Source: Paenacidovorax caeni
GTDB lineage: Bacteria > Pseudomonadota > Gammaproteobacteria > Burkholderiales > Burkholderiaceae_C
Assembly: GCA_943370985.1 (NCBI GenBank)
Contig: CALRTF020000001.1
Span: 1-60,991, forward strand
DNA: 60,991 nucleotides
Direction: 5' to 3'
Positions 1 through 7,499 of the stretch are shown here, piece after piece. Both the position numbers and the translations under genes were made by a program. The first letter of the stretch is position 1, and every line of letters starts with the position of its first letter. The notes below the pieces were generated by a model. It was not told the DNA's origin. It saw only the letters and a program-made list of their open reading frames with translations, and searched no databases.

Positions 1-32
1 CAGGCACGCCCACAGGCCTGCGGGGAAGCCAA

Positions 33-2042
33 TTGCTAACCCGCCTCCAATCCTTGCCGCGCGACAGCCGCGACACCCTGTTCCTGCTGGCCGTCATCGC
101 CTGGGTGCTGATGCCGCAGGTCACCCACCTGCCCTGGTGGTGCAGTGCACTCGCGGCAGGCATGTTGCTGTGGCGTGGGACGCTGGCTTTCAGCAACAAA
201 CCGCTGCCGAACAAATGGTGGCTGCTGGTGCTGCTGGCGATTGCGGTCGGCGCGACGCTGCTGACCCACAAGACCCTGCTGGGCCGCGATGCCGGGGTCA
301 CGCTGATCGTGATCCTGCTGGCGCTCAAGACGCTGGAACTGCGCGCCCGGCGCGACGCCTTCGTGGTGTTTTTCCTCGGCTTTTTCACCATGCTGACCAA
401 CTTCTTCTACTCCCAGTCGCTGCTGACGGCCTTCAGCATGCTGCTGGGGCTGCTGGGCCTGCTGACCGCGCTGGTCAATGCCCACATGCCGGTGGGCAAA
501 CCGCCGCTGCTGCTGGCCGCCAGAACCGCCGGCTGGATGGCGCTGCTGGGCGCGCCGGTGATGGTGGTGCTGTTCCTGCTGTTTCCGCGGCTGGCGCCGC
601 TGTGGGGCACACCGACCGACGCCATGACCGGGCGCAGCGGCCTGAGCGCAAGCATGCAGGTCGGCAGCATCGCCAGCCTGGCGCTGGACAGCAGCATCGC
701 CATGCGTATCGCCTTCCAGGGGACGCCGCCACCGCAACGCGAGCTGTACTTCCGCGGCCCGGTGCTGTCGGCCTTTGACGGGCGGCAATGGCTGCCGTCA
801 TCGGAGTCGAGGTTCCCCTCACGTTACAAACTGGACGACAGTCTGGGCGTCGAGGGCACCGCCCTGTCCTACCAGGTTACGCTGGAGCCGACCAACCGTC
901 CCTGGCTGTTTGTGATGGAGGCCGCCGCCGAAAGCCCGGTGGTTCCCGGCTACCGCACGCGCATGAGCAACGAGTTGCAGTGGTTCACCGACCGGCCCAT
1001 CACCGACCTGGTTCGCTACCAGGTCAAAAGCCACCCGGTGTTCCGGCACGGACCGGTCACCGCCGAAGTCGGCCTGCAGGAGTTTGTCGAACTCCCGCCG
1101 GGCTTCAACCCGCGCACGCTGGCGCTGGCGGCAGAGATCCGGCGTGACCCGCGTTACGCGCAGGCCGACAGCCGCACGCTGGTCCAGGTGGCCATGGAGC
1201 GCCTGCGCACCGGCGGCTACGTCTACACGCTCGAGCCCGGGGTGTACGGCGCCAACACCGCCGACGAATTCTGGTTCGACCGCAAGCAGGGTTTTTGCGA
1301 ACACATCGCATCAAGCTTTGTGGTGCTGATGCGGGCCATGGACGTCCCGGCGCGTGTCGTCACCGGCTACCAGGGGGGCGAGATCAACTCTGTCGACGGC
1401 TTCTGGGTCTTGCGCCAGAGCGATGCGCACGCCTGGGCCGAGGTCTGGCAGGCCGGCGAGGGCTGGGTGAGGGTGGACCCGACCTCGGCCGTGTCGCCCG
1501 GACGCACCGGCGCCTTCCAGCGGCTGGCGGCGCCCCAGGGCATCGTCGGCCAGACCCTGGGCAACCTCAACCCCAACCTGTCGGCCCAGTTGCGTGCGGC
1601 CTGGGAAGCCGTCAACAACCGCTGGAACCAGTGGGTGCTCAACTACACCCAGGGCAAGCAGCTGGACCTGCTCAAGAACATCGGCTTCGAATCACCGGGC
1701 TGGGAAGACCTCAGTTATGTGCTGATCGCCATCATCGTCGCGGTGAGCGGCGCCGGGGCTGCCTGGGCCTGGTGGGAGCGGACCCAGCACGACCCGTGGC
1801 TGCGGCTGCTGGACCGGGCGCGCAGGCGGCTGGGCCGCGCCGGGCTGGTCAGCCACGCCGCCAGTTCGCCGCGCCAGCTGGCCCAGCAGGTGCTCGCGCA
1901 GCAAGGGAGCGACGCCCAGGAGATTCATGACTGGCTGATGCAGCTCGAAGCCCAACGGTATGCCGATGCCGGCGGCACAGGCGCCGGCATCACCCTGGCC
2001 AGGCTCAAAAAGCAGTACGCGGGACTGCACTGGCCGGTTTGA
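33..2042 (+). CDS. TgpA-type membrane transglutaminase-like protein (DUF3488 plus transglutaminase core)
   Basis: Multi-TM N-terminus; catalytic motifs GFCEHIA, HAWAEV and WVRVDPT; TTG start is uncertain. Confidence 0.9.
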   Translation: MLTRLQSLPRDSRDTLFLLAVIAWVLMPQVTHLPWWCSALAAGMLLWRGTLAFSNKPLPNKWWLLVLLAIAVGATLLTHKTLLGRDAGVTLIVILLALKTLELRARRDAFVVFFLGFFTMLTNFFYSQSLLTAFSMLLGLLGLLTALVNAHMPVGKPPLLLAARTAGWMALLGAPVMVVLFLLFPRLAPLWGTPTDAMTGRSGLSASMQVGSIASLALDSSIAMRIAFQGTPPPQRELYFRGPVLSAFDGRQWLPSSESRFPSRYKLDDSLGVEGTALSYQVTLEPTNRPWLFVMEAAAESPVVPGYRTRMSNELQWFTDRPITDLVRYQVKSHPVFRHGPVTAEVGLQEFVELPPGFNPRTLALAAEIRRDPRYAQADSRTLVQVAMERLRTGGYVYTLEPGVYGANTADEFWFDRKQGFCEHIASSFVVLMRAMDVPARVVTGYQGGEINSVDGFWVLRQSDAHAWAEVWQAGEGWVRVDPTSAVSPGRTGAFQRLAAPQGIVGQTLGNLNPNLSAQLRAAWEAVNNRWNQWVLNYTQGKQLDLLKNIGFESPGWEDLSYVLIAIIVAVSGAGAAWAWWERTQHDPWLRLLDRARRRLGRAGLVSHAASSPRQLAQQVLAQQGSDAQEIHDWLMQLEAQRYADAGGTGAGITLARLKKQYAGLHWPV

Positions 2043-2124
2043 GCTACCGTCCCACACGCCGGATGCCCTGCCTGCAGCCATACTGTGGCCCTGCTCTTTT
2101 GTATTTCAGGATCGTATTTTCCGC

Positions 2125-3243
2125 ATGACCCCTTCCCCGTTCTCCGCGTTGCTGGCCTCCCGCCGCTTCATCGCTCCTCTTTTGATAGCTGCCTGCGCAG
2201 GCGGGGCGGGGGCTGCAGGCCAAAAAGAGTCCAAACCTCGAAAATCCGCGGCGCGCCCGGCCGTCACGCAGGAGCAGGCGACGCCCTATGCGGGTCGCAC
2301 GGACGCCATGGCCTTTGCCGACGACCTGGCCAGCCGGCGCGACCTCGACCCGCAATGGGTGCGCCAGACCCTGGGCCAGGCGCGGCATCTGCCGACCGTG
2401 GTGCGCCTGATGCAGCCGCCGGCCAGAACTTTTGTCAAGAACTGGCGTGTCTACCGCAGCCGCTTCATCGACCCGGTGCGTATCGCCGCCGGCGTGCGTT
2501 TCTGGCAGGACAACCAGGCCAGCCTGGCGCGCGCCGAAGCCGAGTACGGCGTCCCGGCGGAAATCATCGTCGGCATCATCGGTGTGGAAACCATTTACGG
2601 CCGTGACACCGGCAAGTTCCGGGTGCTGGACGCGCTGGCCACGCTGGCCTTCGACTTTCCGGCCTCGCATCCGCGCGCCCGCGAGCGCAGCGAATTTTTC
2701 AAGGGCGAGATCGAACAGTTCCTGACCCAACAAAGCCGGCTGGGCACTGACCCCTTGGCGCCGCTGGGCAGTTATGCCGGCGCCATGGGCATGCCGCAGT
2801 TCATGCCGTCGAGCCGCAACAAATACGCGGTGGACTTCGACGGCGACGGCCGCATCGACCTGTGGAACAGCCCGGCCGACGTGATCGGCTCGGTCGCCAA
2901 TTACTTCAAGGCCTTCAACTGGCAGCCCGGCATGCCCACCCACTATCCGGTCCGCTTCGACAGCAGCCGCCTCGACATGGACGCGCTGATGGCGCCCGAT
3001 ATCCTGCCGACCTTCAGCGTCGCGAGTTTCACCGCCAAAGGCGCGCTACTCGAGGGCCCGGCGCTGCAGCACACCGGCCCGCTGGCGCTGGTGGAGTTGC
3101 TCAACGGCGGCAGCGCGCCGGAATACGTGGCCGGCACGGAGAACTTCTACGCGATCACACGCTACAACTGGAGCAGTTATTACGCGATGTCGGTGATCGA
3201 GCTGGGGCGCGAAGTGGCGGCCAAGAGGACCAGCGGCAACTGA
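2125..3243 (+). CDS. mltB: Lytic murein transglycosylase B
   Basis: IIGVETIYG, GSYAGAMGMPQFMPSS, EF-hand-like DFDGDG and ITRYNWS motifs; ATG at 2125 followed by a signal-like peptide. Confidence 0.92.
   Translation: MTPSPFSALLASRRFIAPLLIAACAGGAGAAGQKESKPRKSAARPAVTQEQATPYAGRTDAMAFADDLASRRDLDPQWVRQTLGQARHLPTVVRLMQPPARTFVKNWRVYRSRFIDPVRIAAGVRFWQDNQASLARAEAEYGVPAEIIVGIIGVETIYGRDTGKFRVLDALATLAFDFPASHPRARERSEFFKGEIEQFLTQQSRLGTDPLAPLGSYAGAMGMPQFMPSSRNKYAVDFDGDGRIDLWNSPADVIGSVANYFKAFNWQPGMPTHYPVRFDSSRLDMDALMAPDILPTFSVASFTAKGALLEGPALQHTGPLALVELLNGGSAPEYVAGTENFYAITRYNWSSYYAMSVIELGREVAAKRTSGN
2173..2226 (+). repeat. 54-bp fixed-spacing motif, copy A (in the mltB signal-peptide region)
   Basis: GCT-CCTCTTTTG-ATAGCT-N21-GCTGCAGGCC-AAAAA. 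Confidence 0.8.
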
Positions 3244-3274
3244 GACCGGCAGTTGTGCCGTTGGCTCAAGCTGC

Positions 3275-3910
3275 CTAGTTCGACAGAGGGCGAACCGCCG
3301 TTGGCGACCTTCCCACCGAGAACGTCAGATCTGTCATGCAGCTGGTCCCCTGGAGAAAACTGATTCTCAGCTCGTCGTCTTCCCTGCGAAAAATGTATGA
3401 GGGGATGGGACGGCCATGCAAAAAAGGCCCTTGTCGAGGCAGGTTTTTCCAACCCAGTTTGCCAATGCCCTCAAGCGCGGGCTGCACCTCCACGCACAAG
3501 GGAACCACGTAGGGGGAAGGCGGATTCATCATGTCCCACCAGGTGAATCTGAAGAAAGTCCGTTGTGAGCCCACGTGCAAGCGAAGCGTGAAGTACCAGT
3601 CCTTACCGGCGATGGCATTGACGCCATACAACTTCGCCGTCATCTCGCCAGGGCTGTCGTAGTTCTTGAATTGCATGTCAAAAACTTCTTCGACGCGCTC
3701 CTTTGATAATTCCTCAGGCGGGATTTGCAAAACTTTGTGCAACCTTGTCCACATGTCCGCAGCGGTGAATGGATATGGCGGGGAGAACTGATGTGCGGCG
3801 GAAGGCTCCATAACCTTGTCGGCCAGGGTATCTGGAAGGGAATGAGCGCCAAGGTGATTCAGCTGCAATAAAAATGCAAGGCAGCAAGCTACTGCAGTAG
3901 CGCGATTCAT
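3275..3910 (-). CDS. Hypothetical exported protein (orphan, AT-richer than neighbours)
   Basis: ATG at 3910 after AAAGGGGG; hydrophobic N-terminus MNRATAVACCLAFLLQ; atypical codon usage. Confidence 0.65.
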   Translation of the reverse strand: MNRATAVACCLAFLLQLNHLGAHSLPDTLADKVMEPSAAHQFSPPYPFTAADMWTRLHKVLQIPPEELSKERVEEVFDMQFKNYDSPGEMTAKLYGVNAIAGKDWYFTLRLHVGSQRTFFRFTWWDMMNPPSPYVVPLCVEVQPALEGIGKLGWKNLPRQGPFLHGRPIPSYIFRREDDELRISFLQGTSCMTDLTFSVGRSPTAVRPLSN

Positions 3911-4046
3911 TGACTTGCCCCCTTTCAATCCCGGAAAAAGATCATCTTCGGATCGCGTTGGGACCATGACGTCGATCTGCCGTCGTTCATTCACTACCGC
4001 CAGACAGTGGTGCCCATGAAACGCATATTCTTCCCCATGGCCGCAT

Positions 4047-4865
4047 TTACACCGGCTGGATCGTAATGTCCACCGTCATGGTTTCTTCGCCGCCGCCCTG
4101 GCGCACACCCTTGATCGGCGGGCAGGCGTTGTAGTCGGTGCCCATGGCCAGGCGCACATGGCGCTCGTCGATCAGGCAGCTGTGTGTCACGTCGATGCTG
4201 ACCCAGCGCCGCGCCGCCACATCCAGGCAGACATCGACCCAGGCGTGGCTGGCGAGGTCCGGCTCGTTGGCGGCATAAAAATAGCCGCTGACATAACGCG
4301 CCGGAATGCCCAGGCTGCGGCAGATCGCCACCATCACATGGGCCTGGTCCTGGCACACGCCGGCGCCGGCTTCAAACGCCTGCAAGGCCGTGGTCGTCAC
4401 CGTCGTGCTATTTTTTTGATAGCTGACCACGCCCGCCACACCCCGGCTGAGGGCCAAAAGCATGTCCAGATCAGCCCGGCCCGCGACAGCCGGCGCCACA
4501 AAACCCCGGCCAAATTCCGCCAGCCGCTCGTGCGGCGCCGCCAGGTGCGTGGCGCGCAGGAAAAACGCCGGATGCGGCATGCTGGCCACATCGCTGAACT
4601 CGGCGATGCCAAAGGTCTCGACGTCGCCGGCTGCGTTGACCAGGCTCCAGCGCACGTTGTCCGCGACCTGGCCGACGAAGGTGTAGGAGCTGACCTTGTT
4701 GCCGAAGGCATCCGTCTGCTCGAACAGTTTTTCGGGCGCGCCCAGGCTCCAGAAGTGCACGGTCTGCGCCGGGCCGGACTGCGGCGTCAGCCACAGCGTC
4801 TGCAGCGCGTAACGCAGCGGCTCGGTGTAGCGGTAGTCGGTCACGTGCCGGACATGAAGTTTCAT
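4047..4865 (-). CDS. Transglutaminase-like protein (Bact_transglu_N plus core)
   Basis: HVTDYRY N-terminal domain; GVCQDQAH, ARYVSGY, SHAWVDV and WVSIDVT motifs. Confidence 0.92.
   Translation of the reverse strand: MKLHVRHVTDYRYTEPLRYALQTLWLTPQSGPAQTVHFWSLGAPEKLFEQTDAFGNKVSSYTFVGQVADNVRWSLVNAAGDVETFGIAEFSDVASMPHPAFFLRATHLAAPHERLAEFGRGFVAPAVAGRADLDMLLALSRGVAGVVSYQKNSTTVTTTALQAFEAGAGVCQDQAHVMVAICRSLGIPARYVSGYFYAANEPDLASHAWVDVCLDVAARRWVSIDVTHSCLIDERHVRLAMGTDYNACPPIKGVRQGGGEETMTVDITIQPV
4407..4460 (+). repeat. 54-bp motif, copy B (antisense inside the transglutaminase CDS)
   Basis: GCT-ATTTTTTTG-ATAGCT-N21-GCTGAGGGCC-AAAAG. Confidence 0.8.
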
Positions 4866-4905
4866 GGCCGGCACCCTGGGTTCTCAGCGGAAGCGATGAT
4901 GCATC

Positions 4906-5868
4906 TCAACTGGTGGCCGGCACCAGGAAATCGCGGCTGATGTAGGCGCCGAGTTCGTTGACGCGGTCGAGGAACTGCGTCAGGTAGGCGTGCAGGCCGG
5001 TGGCCAGGATTTCGTCGATGCGCGCGTACTGCAGGTCGGCCGACAACTTGCCGGCGCGGCGCACGGTTTCGCAGGTGGTGTCATCGGTCACCAGCTTGAG
5101 GTTGCTCACCACCTCCTGCAGACTGGCGGCCAGCGAACGCGGCATGTCGGTGCGCAGGATCAGCAGCTCGGCCACGCGTTCGGGCTTGATCACGTTGCGG
5201 TAGACGCGGCGGTAGATTTCGAAGGCGCTGACACTGCGCAGGATCGCGCTCCAGTGGTAGAAGTCGTACTCCTGGTCCTTCTCGCTGGCAGCGCCATAGA
5301 AGTCGCTCTGCACCGCGTGGAACTTCACGTCGACCAGGCGCGCCGTGTTGTCGGCGCGTTCGAGGAAAGTGCCCAGGCGCATGAAGTGCAAGGCCTCATC
5401 CTGCAGCATGGTGCCCACGGTCACGCCGCGCGACAGGTGCGAGCGGAACTTGACCCATTCAAAGAACTGGCCAGGGTCGCGCTCGAACTCGCCGTTGCGC
5501 AGCATGCGGAAGATTTCGAGGTAGGTCTGGTTCTGGGTTTCCCAGACCTCGGTGGTCAGCGTGCCGCGCACCGCGCGCGCGTTTTCACGGGCGTTTTTCA
5601 GGCAGGAAATGATGCTCGACGAGTTCTTCTCATCACGCACCATGAAGTCCATCACGTCGCGCGCATTGATCGCGCCGTATTTGCCTTCGTAGGCCGACGA
5701 CAGTTCGCTGATGCTCAGCAGGCCCTGCCAGCCGACTTGGGCCACGGCGGTCGATTGCGGCAGCAGCGAGGTCTGGTAGTTGACGTCCAGCATCCTCGCG
5801 GTATTCTCTGCCCGCTCCGTGTAGCGGGACATCCAGAAAAGGTGATCGGCGGTTCTTGACAGCATCAT
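4906..5868 (-). CDS. Alpha-E domain protein (DUF403)
   Basis: MLSRTADHLFWMSRYTERAENTAR and LGTFLERADNTAR (paired ER motifs); start overlaps the upstream stop (ATGATG). Confidence 0.92.
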   Translation of the reverse strand: MMLSRTADHLFWMSRYTERAENTARMLDVNYQTSLLPQSTAVAQVGWQGLLSISELSSAYEGKYGAINARDVMDFMVRDEKNSSSIISCLKNARENARAVRGTLTTEVWETQNQTYLEIFRMLRNGEFERDPGQFFEWVKFRSHLSRGVTVGTMLQDEALHFMRLGTFLERADNTARLVDVKFHAVQSDFYGAASEKDQEYDFYHWSAILRSVSAFEIYRRVYRNVIKPERVAELLILRTDMPRSLAASLQEVVSNLKLVTDDTTCETVRRAGKLSADLQYARIDEILATGLHAYLTQFLDRVNELGAYISRDFLVPATS

Positions 5869-7406
5869 TTCGCTCCCTGCGTCTGGCTTTGCGACTGGCT
5901 TTGTGATTGCCCCGACTGCGATTGCGTCTGCGACTGCGACTGCCCCGTCGCGTAGTTGTCGTCTTCCAGTACCCAGGTGTCCTTGGTGCCGCCGCCCTGC
6001 GAGGAGTTGACGACCAGCGAGCCGTCCTTGAGCGCCACGCGGGTCAGGCCGCCCGGCACCATCTGCACAGTTTTGCCGCTGAGCACAAAAGGCCGCAGGT
6101 CGATGTGGCGCGGCGCGATGCCGCTTTCGACATAGGTTGGGCAGGTTGACAGGCTCAGCGTCGGCTGGGCGATGTAGCCGGCCGGGTTGGCCATGACCGC
6201 CTTGCGGAAGTCCTCGATCTCGGCCTGCGTCGAGGCCGGGCCGACCAGCATGCCGTAACCGCCGGCGCCATGTACTTCCTTGACCACCAGGTCTTTCATG
6301 TTGGCCAGGGTGTAGGCCAGGTCGTCCGGGTTGCGGCACATATAGGTCGGCACGTTGTTCAGGATCGGCTTTTCACCGAGGTAGAACTCGATCATTTTCG
6401 GCACATAGGGGTAGATCGACTTGTCGTCGGCGACTCCGGTGCCGATGGCATTACACAGCGCGACATTGCCGCTGCGGTAAACGTTGAGCAGGCCGGCGCA
6501 ACCCAGCGTCGAGGTCGGGCGGAAGGCCAGCGGGTCGAGGAAATCGTCATCGACGCGGCGGTAGATCACATCGACACGTTTCGGTCCGCGCGTGGTGCGC
6601 ATGTAGACGAAGTTGTCCTTGACGAACAGGTCCTGGCCCTCGACCAGTTCCACACCCATCTGCTGCGCCAGGAAGGCGTGTTCGAAATAGGCCGAGTTGT
6701 ACATGCCGGGCGTCAGCACCACCACGGTCGGCTCGGCGCGGTGCGCGGGCGAGTTGTCGCGCAGGGTTTCGAGCAACAGGTCGGGATAGTGAGCCACCGG
6801 CGCCACGCGGTTCTCACTGAACAGGTCGGGAAACAGCCGCATCATCATCTTGCGGTCTTCCAGCATGTAGCTCACGCCGCTGGGCACGCGCAGGTTGTCC
6901 TCCAGCACGTAGTACTCGCCTTCGCCCTGGGCGTTGGGGGCGCGCACGATGTCGATGCCGCTGATGTGCGAATAGATGTTGCCGGGCACGTCCACGCCCA
7001 TCATCTCGGGCCGGAACTGCGCGTTCTGGAAAATCTGCTCGGCCGGGATCACGCCGGCCTTGATGATTTCCTGGTCGTGGTAGACGTCGTGGATGAAGCG
7101 GTTCAGGGCCGTGACGCGCTGGACCAGGCCGCGTTCCATGCTGTCCCACTCATGCGCGGGGATGATGCGCGGAATCAGGTCAAAGGGGATCAGCCGCTCG
7201 GTGCCGCCGGTCTCGGAATTGCCGTCGTCCTTGTCGCCGTACACGGCGAAGGTGATGCCGACGCGGCGAAAAATCATCTCGGCTTCCGCGCGCCTGGCCT
7301 GCATGACCGAATCCGGCTGGCGGCCCAGCCAGCGCTGGTAGCTCTGGTAATGCGCCCTCACCGACGCTTCGCCAGCGTTCATCTCATCAAACTTCGGTCC
7401 GCTCAT
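5865..7406 (-). CDS. Circularly permuted type 2 ATP-grasp protein (DUF404) with a QS-rich C-terminal tail
   Basis: VLEDNLRVPSGVSY, NSAYFEH, GGLTRVAL and VVNSSQGGGTKDTW motifs; GGAG at 7415-7418 favours ATG 7406 over 7436. Confidence 0.93.
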   Translation of the reverse strand: MSGPKFDEMNAGEASVRAHYQSYQRWLGRQPDSVMQARRAEAEMIFRRVGITFAVYGDKDDGNSETGGTERLIPFDLIPRIIPAHEWDSMERGLVQRVTALNRFIHDVYHDQEIIKAGVIPAEQIFQNAQFRPEMMGVDVPGNIYSHISGIDIVRAPNAQGEGEYYVLEDNLRVPSGVSYMLEDRKMMMRLFPDLFSENRVAPVAHYPDLLLETLRDNSPAHRAEPTVVVLTPGMYNSAYFEHAFLAQQMGVELVEGQDLFVKDNFVYMRTTRGPKRVDVIYRRVDDDFLDPLAFRPTSTLGCAGLLNVYRSGNVALCNAIGTGVADDKSIYPYVPKMIEFYLGEKPILNNVPTYMCRNPDDLAYTLANMKDLVVKEVHGAGGYGMLVGPASTQAEIEDFRKAVMANPAGYIAQPTLSLSTCPTYVESGIAPRHIDLRPFVLSGKTVQMVPGGLTRVALKDGSLVVNSSQGGGTKDTWVLEDDNYATGQSQSQTQSQSGQSQSQSQSQTQGAK

Positions 7407-7451
7407 CAGCTTATCTCCGTCAGGTTTCTTCTGCATTGCTGCCTGTAGCTT

Positions 7452-7467
7452 AGCAAGTAATGCGCCA
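7452..7467 (-). promoter_or_regulatory. Sigma-54 (-24/-12) promoter for the ATP-grasp/alpha-E/transglutaminase operon
   Basis: Minus strand TGGCGCATTACTTGCT is GG-N10-GC and close to TGGCAC-N5-TTGCW, about 45 bp before the start. Confidence 0.75.
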
Positions 7468-7499
7468 ATCGCCTGTAGGTGGCAAACCTTTTTGTGCGG

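Noticed and set aside
5870-5945. Short tandem-like repeats as a possible CRISPR array or VNTR
   Set aside because: No repeat-spacer structure and the codons vary; this is the coding QS tail
4906-6339. 477-aa version of the alpha-E ORF
   Set aside because: The N-terminal extension overlaps the ATP-grasp gene in another frame; the family start MLSR is at 5868 or 5865
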